Assembly: GCA_964592405.1 (NCBI GenBank)
Contig: CAZQBY010000002.1
Coordinates: 1-15,216, forward strand
DNA: 15,216 nucleotides
Origin: an uncultured archaeon
GTDB taxonomy: Archaea; Altiarchaeota; Altiarchaeia; JAFGQM01
Direction of reading: 5' to 3'
A model generated the notes under the pieces. That model ran no database searches, was not told where the DNA came from, and worked only from the letters and a program-made list of their open reading frames with translations. Within the stretch, counting starts at the first letter, position 1. The number at the start of each line of letters is the position of its first letter. Below, in pieces: positions 6,953 to 15,119 of this stretch. Both the position numbers and the translations under genes were made by a program.

Positions 6953-7040
6953 GCGGGGGTGCCGGAGTCTGGTCAAACGGGCACGGTTGAGGGCCGTGTG
7001 GCTTAGGCCTGCGCGCGTTCGAATCGCGTCCCCCGCACCA
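6953..7040 (+). tRNA. tRNA-Leu(GAG), intronless, CCA encoded
   Basis: Acceptor GCGGGGG/CCCCCGC, anticodon arm CACGG-TTGAGGG-CCGTG, long variable arm, T arm GCGCG-TTCGAAT-CGCGT, ends ACCA; usual position between rpo3 and rpl18e. Confidence 0.97.
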
Positions 7041-7081
7041 GAACAGACAGGATAATCGACTTGGACTTCATCAGCTTACAA

Positions 7082-7438
7082 ATGGAAGGAAAGGGATATG
7101 AAGATCCAAACCGGTTGGATCTTATAGAATACCTCAGAAGAGAGGGTAGGGGACAGCCCCTGTGGATCTGCCTAGCGGAAGATCTGGGCAAAAGCAGAAA
7201 GAACCGCGCTCAGGTCAATTTGGAAAAGATAAACAGACTGACTAGGCCCAGAGACACTGTTGTAGTTGCAGGAAAGGTGCTGGGCGATGGAATCCTGGAC
7301 CATGAGGTTACCATAGCCTGCTTCAGGATCTCGGAACAGGCAAGGAAGAAAGTGGAACAAGCAAACGGCAGTATAATAACAATAAAAGACCTTCTTGAAA
7401 AGAACCCAAAGGGCACAAAGGTCAAAATATTAAGATGA
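7082..7438 (+). CDS. rpl18e: 50S ribosomal protein eL18
   Basis: VNLEKINR, VVVAGKVLGDG, KNPKG motifs; ATG 7082 preferred over TTG 7061. Confidence 0.95.
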   Translation: MEGKGYEDPNRLDLIEYLRREGRGQPLWICLAEDLGKSRKNRAQVNLEKINRLTRPRDTVVVAGKVLGDGILDHEVTIACFRISEQARKKVEQANGSIITIKDLLEKNPKGTKVKILR

Positions 7439-7896
7439 CTGAAAGGAAGATAGTGGATGCCGAAGGATGTACTATGGGAAGATTGGCAGCTTATGCCGCC
7501 AAGGAGGCCCTTAAGGGTAATAGAATCATCATAATCAACGCAGAAAAAGCCGTTATCTCAGGCAGAAAAGACCACATATTCCGGGATTACAAAAAGAGAT
7601 ATGATGCCAAGAGCAAAACAAATCCAAAACGATATGGACCCAAGAGACCAAAAAATCCGGATCGGTTCCTGCGACGTGTCATAAGGGGTATGTTGCCATG
7701 GGACAAACCAGGGGGAAGAAAGGCCTTCAGGCATGTTTTGGTTTATATGGGAAGACCTGAGAAAGAAATCATTAGGAGGGAGGGAATAGAGCTTTCCAAG
7801 ATGCAGCTAGTGGACAATTCAGAGCTGAAAAGGCATTATGATTATTTTATAACTCTGGGAGAATTATGCGCCTATCTGGGGGGAAGAAATGAATAA
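7435..7896 (+). CDS. rpl13: 50S ribosomal protein uL13
   Basis: VDAEG..MGRLAA, INAEKAVISG, GPKRP..PD, IRGMLP; ATGA overlap with rpl18e. Confidence 0.97.
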   Translation: MTERKIVDAEGCTMGRLAAYAAKEALKGNRIIIINAEKAVISGRKDHIFRDYKKRYDAKSKTNPKRYGPKRPKNPDRFLRRVIRGMLPWDKPGGRKAFRHVLVYMGRPEKEIIRREGIELSKMQLVDNSELKRHYDYFITLGELCAYLGGRNE

Positions 7897-8320
7897 GAAA
7901 TCAGTAATACATGAGGCCGGAAAAAGGAAGAGGGCATTTGCCAGAACGACTATAAGGGAGGGCAAAGGCACAATCAGGATAAATTCTGTGCCACTAGAGT
8001 TATATGGCGAATCACTGGCACAACTTAGGCTCAGGGAACCGCTGATTCTTGCAAAGAAGGTTCTGGACTTGGACAAACTGGATGTAAGAATAGATGTCAA
8101 GGGGGGTGGATTTAGCGGCCAGATAGATGCTATAAGGACCAGTCTTTCAAGGGCTTTGATTTCATATGCCAAAACCCTCAAGAAGGATTCCGAGCTGAGA
8201 GAGCTGTTGGTATCATATGACCGCTCGTTGGTGAGTGGTGATTCAAGGAGAACCGAACCACATAAACCTTCAAAGAGCTCCAGAGGGCCAAGGGCAAAGA
8301 GACAGAAATCTTACAGGTAA
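7889..8320 (+). CDS. rps9: 30S ribosomal protein uS9
   Basis: GKRKRA.AR, G.G.IRIN, VKGGG..GQ, YDRSL..GD.RRTE, R.KRQKSYR C-terminus. Confidence 0.97.
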   Translation: MNKKSVIHEAGKRKRAFARTTIREGKGTIRINSVPLELYGESLAQLRLREPLILAKKVLDLDKLDVRIDVKGGGFSGQIDAIRTSLSRALISYAKTLKKDSELRELLVSYDRSLVSGDSRRTEPHKPSKSSRGPRAKRQKSYR

Positions 8321-8321
8321 T

Positions 8322-8329
8322 CTTATAGA
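8322..8329 (+). promoter_or_regulatory. Possible internal TATA box for a leaderless rpoN transcript
   Basis: CTTATAGA begins 27 nt upstream of the rpoN ATG and no Shine-Dalgarno motif is present in the spacer. Confidence 0.35.
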
Positions 8330-8348
8330 TAAAAACGCAATATAGACG

Positions 8349-8543
8349 ATGATAATACCTATCAGGTGTTTCACCTGCGGAAAACCCATAGCTCATCTAT
8401 GGGAGGAGTATGAAGAGAGAGTAGGAAAGGGCGAGGACCCCGGGAAAGTCATGGATTCCCTTGGTCTGAAGAGATACTGCTGTCGGCGCATGTTGCTGAC
8501 ACACGCAGATCTCATCGATAATCTCCTGCTCTACACAAGATAA
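8349..8543 (+). CDS. rpoN: DNA-directed RNA polymerase subunit Rpo10 (N)
   Basis: [12 protein letters not shown] and [11 protein letters not shown] zinc-binding motifs. Confidence 0.98.
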   Translation: MIIPIRCFTCGKPIAHLWEEYEERVGKGEDPGKVMDSLGLKRYCCRRMLLTHADLIDNLLLYTR

Positions 8544-8550
8544 TAGAATA

Positions 8551-8626
8551 AGGGTGACCAGAGCTGGGAACTCGGGCCTATTGGCCTAGGGACGTGAGAC
8601 GCCAGTATATGCGACTCACTGACCTA
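8551..8626 (+). ncRNA. Candidate structured RNA element between rpoN and tRNA-Pro
   Basis: About 59% GC spacer; closing stem GGGT/ACCT, hairpins GGGCC-TATT-GGCCT and GTGAG-A-CGC...GCG-A-CTCAC; terminal CTGA. No family recognised. Confidence 0.35.
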
Positions 8627-8629
8627 TGC

Positions 8630-8704
8630 GGGACCGTGGGGTAGCCAGGACGATCCTCTCGGCTTGGGGTGCCGGTGACCCGAGTTCAAATCTCGGCGGT
8701 CCCA
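8630..8704 (+). tRNA. tRNA-Pro(GGG), intronless, CCA not encoded
   Basis: Acceptor GGGACCG/CGGTCCC, anticodon arm TCGGC-TTGGGGT-GCCGG, T arm CCGAG-TTCAAAT-CTCGG, discriminator A followed by TCA; usual position between rpoN and rpoK. Confidence 0.96.
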
Positions 8705-8742
8705 TCAATCCAAACAGGTCTCTCTTGGAGAGGTAATTGAAG

Positions 8743-8928
8743 ATGGAAAAACTCACCAAATATGAGAAGGCAAGAATCATTGGGGCTAGGGCACTCCAGA
8801 TTTCGCTAGGGGCTCCGGTATTGCTAAAAATTCCGAAAAATATTATAGATCCTCTCGAAATAGCTAGGATGGAGCTGGAACAGGATGTTATACCCATAGT
8901 TGTAAAGAGAGAGCAAGATGGTCAATAA
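8743..8928 (+). CDS. rpoK: DNA-directed RNA polymerase subunit Rpo6 (K)
   Basis: [28 protein letters not shown]; SD-like GAGAGGT about 8 nt before ATG 8743. Confidence 0.97.
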   Translation: MEKLTKYEKARIIGARALQISLGAPVLLKIPKNIIDPLEIARMELEQDVIPIVVKREQDGQ

Positions 8929-9820
8929 AGAGAAAAAAGTGGAGACAGAAGGAGCAGCAGAAACGTCCCCGGACGTTGTAGCGCAAGAAACAGTGCCAGA
9001 GGGACCTGTATTGGAGACTGAGGAAGAGGATACAGGACTGGCAGAGAGTAAGGACTTGGATGAACCAGCAGAAGAACGGGGGGAGGAGCTAAGGGAAGAA
9101 GCAAAAGAAAAATCCGGGGAAGATGGAATGACTGAGACCGAGGATTATATATCTTCGGCTGAGGGAAAAGAGCTTTTGGTGGATCCAGAAACCTATTTGA
9201 AGAATGGAACCCACATAGGTCTGACCTATCGGACAGGCAATATGCGAAAATTCATTTATAAGGTCAGAAGTGATCGTCTAAGTATATTCAGCCTCAATGC
9301 AATAGATGAACGAATACGCCTAGCGGCAAAGATGCTGGCCAAGTTTGAGAAAGACGATGTCTTGGTTATAGGTTCAAGGGCATATGCCAGAAGACCTGTT
9401 AGAAAGTTTGCAGAGAACACGGGCGTAAAATATGTTTCCGGCCGGTTCAGACCCGGTTCTTTCACAAATCCGCAAGAGAAGAACTTTAGAGAGCCCAAGA
9501 TTATTTTGGTTGCTGATCCAATAGCTGACAAACAGGCAGTAAGAGAGGCTGCCAAGGTCGGTATACCAGTTATAGGAGTGTGTGACTCCAATGCACTGAC
9601 TCGTAATATAGACCTTATTATCCCTCTAAACAACAAGGGAAAACAGTCCATAGCCTTGATGTTCTGGTTACTTACAAAACAGTATCTTGTTGAACGCGGT
9701 GAGATGAAACCAAAGGACAAACTTAAGGATTCACTAGAGGATTACATCTCACAGATACAGCCAACAAAGCGTATTGAGGCCCTTATCAAATCCAAACGCA
9801 AGGAAAGATTCAAAGGATGA
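8918..9820 (+). CDS. rps2: 30S ribosomal protein uS2 with acidic N-terminal extension
   Basis: [33 protein letters not shown]; alternative start at Met71 (9128) cannot be excluded. Confidence 0.96.
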   Translation: MVNKEKKVETEGAAETSPDVVAQETVPEGPVLETEEEDTGLAESKDLDEPAEERGEELREEAKEKSGEDGMTETEDYISSAEGKELLVDPETYLKNGTHIGLTYRTGNMRKFIYKVRSDRLSIFSLNAIDERIRLAAKMLAKFEKDDVLVIGSRAYARRPVRKFAENTGVKYVSGRFRPGSFTNPQEKNFREPKIILVADPIADKQAVREAAKVGIPVIGVCDSNALTRNIDLIIPLNNKGKQSIALMFWLLTKQYLVERGEMKPKDKLKDSLEDYISQIQPTKRIEALIKSKRKERFKG

Positions 9821-10656
9821 AAACAAGAAGCCCGGCTGTGGCTGGAGCATTCTATCCATTCTCAAAAGAGGCGGTTGTTGCCCAGCTTAGAGAGCTTTTT
9901 TCCTACTGGAATATAGACCTTGATAGTCTTCACAGGAGGAAGAGAGTGGGTTGCAGAGGGATAGTGGTTCCACATGCCGGATGGGCCTATTCGGGTTATG
10001 TTGCTGCAAGGGTTTTTGCTGATGTGCCAAAGAGCAAGACCATAATCATTATGGGACCAAATCACTCCGGCATGGGTCCGGATTTCTCGATTTCAAGTGA
10101 TGATGCCTGGGAAACCCCGCTTGGAGAGGTGAAGGTGGACACAGGGCTGGCCCAGAAGCTTGCAGACACCTCCATAGCAGAGCTGGACGATATGGCCCAC
10201 ATAAGAGAGCACTCCATAGAGGTACAGCTGCCGTTTTTGCAGATGGTCTTGGATGATTTCAGGATAGTTCCCCTGTCAATAAAGCACTATGCACCAGATG
10301 CCCAGTTCCTCAATGCCTGCAGAGAATTGGGTAGAAACATTGCTGATCTAGTCGCTCGGAAGGATTCCCTCTTGGTGGCATCTACTGATTTCACACACTA
10401 TGAACCACAGGAGATGGCAAATGCAAAGGATTACAGGGCTATGGAAGCAATTGAGAGGCTGGATGAGGCAGGTTTATTTGAGGTAATATTGGAAGACATG
10501 ATATCAATGTGCGGATATGCAGGTGTTGCAGCCACAATTGTTGCTTGCAAACAGCTCGGAGCCAGAAAAGGTGAGAAAGTAGCCTATATGACATCTGGAA
10601 ATACCACCGGGGACATGTCAGCTGTAGTAGGGTATGGTGGATTGAGGATTTTATAA
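9817..10656 (+). CDS. amrB: MEMO1-family protein (AmmeMemoRadiSam system protein B)
   Basis: PAVAGAFYP, VPHAGW.YSG, GPNH, WETPLG, EHSIEVQLPFLQ, STDFTHY, SMCG, VVGY; usual position after rps2. Confidence 0.95.
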   Translation: MKTRSPAVAGAFYPFSKEAVVAQLRELFSYWNIDLDSLHRRKRVGCRGIVVPHAGWAYSGYVAARVFADVPKSKTIIIMGPNHSGMGPDFSISSDDAWETPLGEVKVDTGLAQKLADTSIAELDDMAHIREHSIEVQLPFLQMVLDDFRIVPLSIKHYAPDAQFLNACRELGRNIADLVARKDSLLVASTDFTHYEPQEMANAKDYRAMEAIERLDEAGLFEVILEDMISMCGYAGVAATIVACKQLGARKGEKVAYMTSGNTTGDMSAVVGYGGLRIL

Positions 10657-10657
10657 C

Positions 10658-10816
10658 CATAGATTTATACATAGACAAATTTAATAACATAGACAAATAA
10701 CATAGACAACATACATATCATAGTTATATGTGTGGTATGTATTGTTATATGAGTTATATTTTAGTTGTATCAAATAACAAACATTGTATCAAACAACAAA
10801 CCAAAAACAAACCAAA
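10658..10816. repeat. AT-rich intergenic region with several direct-repeat families
   Basis: ACATAGACAA x3 (10669, 10687, 10700); GTTATAT x3 (10723, 10744, 10753); TTGTATCAAAYAACAAAC x2 (10765, 10784); AACAAACCAAA x2 (10795, 10806). Confidence 0.85.
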
Positions 10817-10837
10817 TTCAGAAAAAGGGGGATAAAA

Positions 10838-11236
10838 ATGGGCATTACAGGATACAAAATAGATAAAATAGAAGGAAAAGTGGAAAAACGGGATATAGAA
10901 AATGTAGATGTGAAAGAGGGTTTCTCCATTGGCGACGTCAAGAAGAAGAACGCCCAGATGTTGGAAGTCTCATGGACCTTCAACACAGACTACAAGAATA
11001 TTGGAAAGCTTGCCCTTGAAGGCACACTGACCTATTTTACCGATAACCTTGCCGATAAGGTTGAGGAAAAGGAGATAAAGGGTAAGAAGGGTCTTGTTCT
11101 AAAGGGGGATGCGCTTAGAGAAGTTTCCAACTTTGTCCTCCGCAGGGGCATAATAGAGTCCATTATACTTGCAAAGACTCTTCAGCTGCCGGCACCAATA
11201 CAGCTTCCCTCGGTAAAGATTAAGAGCGAGAAGTAA
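10838..11236 (+). CDS. Conserved archaeal hypothetical protein, probable SecB-like fold
   Basis: SD GGGGGAT precedes ATG 10838; alternating beta-strand patterns, then helices and C-terminal LQLPAPIQLP reminiscent of SecB-like proteins. CDS is well supported, fold is inferred. Confidence 0.7.
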   Translation: MGITGYKIDKIEGKVEKRDIENVDVKEGFSIGDVKKKNAQMLEVSWTFNTDYKNIGKLALEGTLTYFTDNLADKVEEKEIKGKKGLVLKGDALREVSNFVLRRGIIESIILAKTLQLPAPIQLPSVKIKSEK

Positions 11237-11272
11237 CCCTGCTTTTGAAGTTTATTTTTGGGTTTATGAGGG

Positions 11273-13171
11273 ATGAAAATACTGTTTAATCATGCGGAGT
11301 CGTTTGAGTTTGAGGTCACGCGAAGGGCCCTCAAGAGTGCCAAGGAGCCCGGGGAGGAAGAAAGATGTGCTCGGGCGGAGAATGCCCTTGTGGCATTCAT
11401 AGCCGTGGAGAAAACAGATGAGGGAAGGGAACAGGCTGTCGCTGAGAGGGCCGTTATCGAGGCTGAGGATATCCTCGGAAAGGTAAAGGCAGATGTTGTG
11501 GTTGTTTACCCCTACGCCCACCTTTCATCCAATCTGTCATCTCCTGCCACAGCGGAGAAGATTCTGCACCTCATATATGAAAAACTCAAGTCCAGGGGAT
11601 ATAAAACAATAAAAGCCCCGTTTGGCTGGTATAAGGCCTTCCGTATAAGCGGCAAGGGTCATCCAATGTCGGAGCTGAGCAGGGAGATTATCATTGAGGA
11701 AGTGAAAAAGGGGGAAGAGGTGTCCGAAGCCCTAAAGGCCGAAGAGAAGATTAAATCCTCATGGGCAATCCTGACCCCTGAAGGAAAAATGCATCCTATT
11801 TCATATGAGAAGGGAGAAATAAAAGGCTTTGATTTCTCACAATATCCTGAACTGGAAAAGTTCGCCAGATATGAGCTGGCAAAGAGTCGGGTGGTTGACA
11901 GGGAGCCGCCGCACGTGGAGCTTATGAAGAAGCTGGAATTGGTGGACTATGAACCCGGAAGCGACCCGGGGAACCTTCGCTATTATCCCAAGGGGAGGCT
12001 TATCAAGGGACTTTTGGAGGATTATGTTACAAAAGAGGTGAAGAACTACGGCGCCATGGAGATTGAGGCGCCAATCATGTATGATTTTGAGCATCCAAGC
12101 CTGAAGAAATATCTCAACCGCTTCCCTGCACGCCAGTATACGATCGATACGCCAAATAAGAGGGTATTTTTGAGGTTTGCTGCCTGTTTTGGCCAGTTTC
12201 TGATGGCCCACGATGCCACAATATCCTATAGAAACCTTCCGATGCGGCTGTATGAAATGACACGCTACAGCTTTCGGGTAGAGAAACGGGGTGAGCTTAC
12301 CGGACTGAGAAGGCTGCGCTCTTTCACGATGCCTGACTGCCATGCCTTTGTTGCCGATTTTGATATGGCCAAGGAGGAGATGCTACGGCGCTTTGAGCTT
12401 GCTGACCGGATACTAAGAAATTCTGGTGTCGATGTCAGCAGGCTGGCAATGGGGCTCAGGATAGTCAAAGACTTCTATGAAGAACACAGGGATTTCATTC
12501 ATGCTCTTGTCCGGAAGTGGGGCAGGCCGGTTTTGGTTGAGATGTGGGATTCCCGGTTCTTCTATTTTGTCATGAAATACGAGTGGAACTTCATCGATTA
12601 TCTGGAAAAGGCATCGGCTCTCACAACAGACCAGATAGATGTGGAAAACGCCAAGACATATGGAATAACATATGTGGACAAAGATGGAGCTGAAAAGCAT
12701 CCGCTTATTATGCATCTTTCGCCCAGTGGTGCCATAGAGAGGATAATATACGCCTTACTGGAGACCGCCTATATGGAGCAGGAAGGTGGGGGCGTCTCCA
12801 TGTTGCCGTTGTGGCTTTCACCCACGCAGGTCAGGATCATCCCGATAGCAGAGGATAATATAAAATATGCACGAGACATCATGAATAAACTGACCGGCAA
12901 CAGTATCCGGGCAGACATCGACGACCGTGAGCTGACTTTGGGCAAGAGGATAAGGGATGCTGAACAGGAGTGGATACCATATGTTATTGTAATAGGTGAA
13001 AAAGAAGAGAAATCAAAAAAGCTGGCTGTGAGAATAAGGGCTGAAAAGAAACAGAGGGTTATGGAAATCGGGGAACTTGTGGATATAATAAGAAAGAAAA
13101 CCAGTGGAATGCCCTTCAGCAGCCTGCCTCTTGCTCCGGAGCTTTCCAAGCGTCCGAAGTTTGTAGGATGA
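11273..13171 (+). CDS. thrS: Threonine--tRNA ligase, archaeal type with N-terminal DTD-like editing domain
   Basis: YPYAHLS, APFGWYKAF, KGHPMSELSR editing domain; LRFAACFG, SFRVE, FTMPDCH, GAIER catalytic motifs; LPLWLSPTQVR anticodon-binding domain. Confidence 0.98.
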   Translation: MKILFNHAESFEFEVTRRALKSAKEPGEEERCARAENALVAFIAVEKTDEGREQAVAERAVIEAEDILGKVKADVVVVYPYAHLSSNLSSPATAEKILHLIYEKLKSRGYKTIKAPFGWYKAFRISGKGHPMSELSREIIIEEVKKGEEVSEALKAEEKIKSSWAILTPEGKMHPISYEKGEIKGFDFSQYPELEKFARYELAKSRVVDREPPHVELMKKLELVDYEPGSDPGNLRYYPKGRLIKGLLEDYVTKEVKNYGAMEIEAPIMYDFEHPSLKKYLNRFPARQYTIDTPNKRVFLRFAACFGQFLMAHDATISYRNLPMRLYEMTRYSFRVEKRGELTGLRRLRSFTMPDCHAFVADFDMAKEEMLRRFELADRILRNSGVDVSRLAMGLRIVKDFYEEHRDFIHALVRKWGRPVLVEMWDSRFFYFVMKYEWNFIDYLEKASALTTDQIDVENAKTYGITYVDKDGAEKHPLIMHLSPSGAIERIIYALLETAYMEQEGGGVSMLPLWLSPTQVRIIPIAEDNIKYARDIMNKLTGNSIRADIDDRELTLGKRIRDAEQEWIPYVIVIGEKEEKSKKLAVRIRAEKKQRVMEIGELVDIIRKKTSGMPFSSLPLAPELSKRPKFVG

Positions 13172-14094
13172 TAACTGCTTCTGCCCCCGCAAAAGCCATA
13201 ATACTGGGAGAGCATACAGCCCTCTATGGAAACCCTGTCTTGGTCATGGCCCTTGACCTGCGCGCATATGTTAGCGTTTCCGCGCGCAGGGACCAAAAAA
13301 CAAGTATAACTTCAGAAGACCTTGGCCTGAGAAATGCACCTCTAAAGAGGAACCAGAGAGGGACGCAGCTGGTCAGAAAGGCAATTGAACTGGTTGGGCA
13401 TAAGACGGGTTTTGATATAAGGATAAAATCGGACATACCAATAGCATCCGGTCTTGGATCCTCAGCTGCTATTGCATCGGCCCTCCTGATGGCATTAAAA
13501 GCGGAGACTGGACAGGATTTGAATATCCAAAGACTGGCTCATGATGCCCTGGAATGCGAACATATGGTGCACAAAAGAAGCAGTGGGGTGGACACCTTTG
13601 CTGTTGTCTATGGGGGACTCTGCCTTTACCAAAAACTGAGGGCAGAGAGGCTTGAAGCAGATGAATACCCTCCCTTCATTATTGCCCACTCAGGAATATC
13701 CAGCGATACAGGAGACATTGTCAGTGATGTGGACAGGGTCAGGAAAAAGGAGCCAAAAAGATTCAGAGCCTTTTTGGAGGAATCAAAAAGGATAGTCCTG
13801 AGCGGCAGGGATGCTATCAGGGAAGGGGATTGGGCCACACTGGGAGAACTTATGAACAAAAATCACTTGCTGTTGAGAGATATGGGAGTTTCATGTGCGC
13901 GGCTGGACGATTTGGTAACTAGGGCGTGTAGGGTGGGGGCATATGGGGCCAAGCTCTCAGGAGCAGGAAGGGGCGGTGTTGTTATCGCCTTGGTGGATGA
14001 GAACCTGAGAGAGAAGGTCACAACGGCTTTAAGTAGTATGGATAGCAAAATAATAAGCACCAGATTTTCACAAGAAGGAGTTCGTTTGGAATGA
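13168..14094 (+). CDS. mvk: Mevalonate kinase (GHMP kinase)
   Basis: SAPAKAIILGEH..LYG, PIASGLGSSAA, SGVD, AKLSGAGRGG; adjacent to fni. Confidence 0.92.
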   Translation: MITASAPAKAIILGEHTALYGNPVLVMALDLRAYVSVSARRDQKTSITSEDLGLRNAPLKRNQRGTQLVRKAIELVGHKTGFDIRIKSDIPIASGLGSSAAIASALLMALKAETGQDLNIQRLAHDALECEHMVHKRSSGVDTFAVVYGGLCLYQKLRAERLEADEYPPFIIAHSGISSDTGDIVSDVDRVRKKEPKRFRAFLEESKRIVLSGRDAIREGDWATLGELMNKNHLLLRDMGVSCARLDDLVTRACRVGAYGAKLSGAGRGGVVIALVDENLREKVTTALSSMDSKIISTRFSQEGVRLE

Positions 14095-15119
14095 AGGACA
14101 GAAAAGCAGATCACATCAAGATCTCTCTTGAGAGGGAGGTTGAGGTCGGAAGCAATGGATTTGAGAATATTGAACTAATCCATACGGCCCTGCCGGAGCT
14201 CAACCTTGATGAGATAGACCTGGGGGCGGAGTTCCTTGGCAAAAAACTGAAATATCCCATACTCATAGAGGCCATGACTGGTGGGACTGAGGAGGCCATG
14301 TACATAAATGAGGCTCTGGCCAATGTTGCAGAAGAGTTGGGAATAGGAATTGAGGTGGGTAGTCAAAGACCGGCAATAGAGGACAAGAAACTGGAAGAAA
14401 CCTATGGTATTGTCAGTAAGGCAGCCAAGAACACTCTAAGGATAGCCAATTTGGGGGCCGTACAGCTGAACTACACCTATGGGATAACCGAATGTCAGAT
14501 GGCTGTTGATATGATAAATGCGGATGCCCTAGCGTTGCACCTGAACCCCCTTCAGGAGGTTGTACAGCCGGAGGGAAATGTCAACTTTGCTGATCTCTTG
14601 CCCAAAATAGAAGAGATATGCTCAAAGCTTTCCGTCCCCGTCATTGTCAAGGAAGTCGGCTGTGGAATCTCAAAGAAGGTTGCCGAGAAACTTGTAACGG
14701 CCGGTGTTGAATGCATAGATATCAGTGGTTTTGGAGGGACCTCCTGGAACAAGATTGAGGGTTATAGAGCTGAGGGTGAAAAAAGAGAAATATCTGAGAT
14801 ATTTGAGCACTGGGGAATACCAACTGCAATTTCTCTTTTAGAGCTCAGAGAGCTGGACTGCCGCAAAATAGCCAGCGGTGGCATACGTCATGGTATAGAA
14901 GCCGCAAAGGCTATTGCTATGGGGGCTGATATTATCGGCATGGCACTTCCACTGCTGAGGGCATTGGATGATAATGGGGAGGACGGCGTCATTGACTATA
15001 TCCATCAGGTTGTGGATGAGCTTAGGGTGGCAATGTTCCTCACCGGTGCACGGGACCTGAAAAGCCTGCAGAGGAAAGAGTACAAGGTTCTGGGCAGGGC
15101 CAGAGACTGGATTTCCTGA
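14091..15119 (+). CDS. fni: Type 2 isopentenyl-diphosphate delta-isomerase (FMN-dependent)
   Basis: RKADHI, AMTGG, GSQR, HLNPLQEVVQPEG, KEVGCG, GGTSW, ASGGIR. Confidence 0.97.
   Translation: MKDRKADHIKISLEREVEVGSNGFENIELIHTALPELNLDEIDLGAEFLGKKLKYPILIEAMTGGTEEAMYINEALANVAEELGIGIEVGSQRPAIEDKKLEETYGIVSKAAKNTLRIANLGAVQLNYTYGITECQMAVDMINADALALHLNPLQEVVQPEGNVNFADLLPKIEEICSKLSVPVIVKEVGCGISKKVAEKLVTAGVECIDISGFGGTSWNKIEGYRAEGEKREISEIFEHWGIPTAISLLELRELDCRKIASGGIRHGIEAAKAIAMGADIIGMALPLLRALDDNGEDGVIDYIHQVVDELRVAMFLTGARDLKSLQRKEYKVLGRARDWIS

Noticed and set aside
6797-7006. 69-aa basic + strand ORF after rpoD
   Set aside because: Overlaps the Rpo3 tail in another frame and runs into tRNA-Leu.
6953-7040. 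tRNA introns or integration (att) sites at the two tRNAs
   Set aside because: Both tRNAs have plain 7-nt anticodon loops with no bulge-helix-bulge, and no direct repeat of either 3' end or integrase is present in the window.
8551-8626. Match to c-di-GMP-I or fluoride riboswitch, SRP RNA, 5S rRNA or a functional minus-strand tRNA
   Set aside because: Only short fragments resemble these consensus motifs; the minus-strand reading has a T-arm-like hairpin but a broken acceptor stem and no anticodon stem.
10658-10816. Possible CRISPR array
   Set aside because: Repeats are 7-18 nt, belong to different families and lack regular unique spacers; no cas genes nearby.
224-14752. Numerous minus-strand and alternate-frame ORFs in the track (e.g. 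224-907, 2058-2702, 5188-5739, 11837-12343, 12769-13296)
   Set aside because: All lie over well-supported + strand genes and show no recognisable motifs; they are shadow ORFs.
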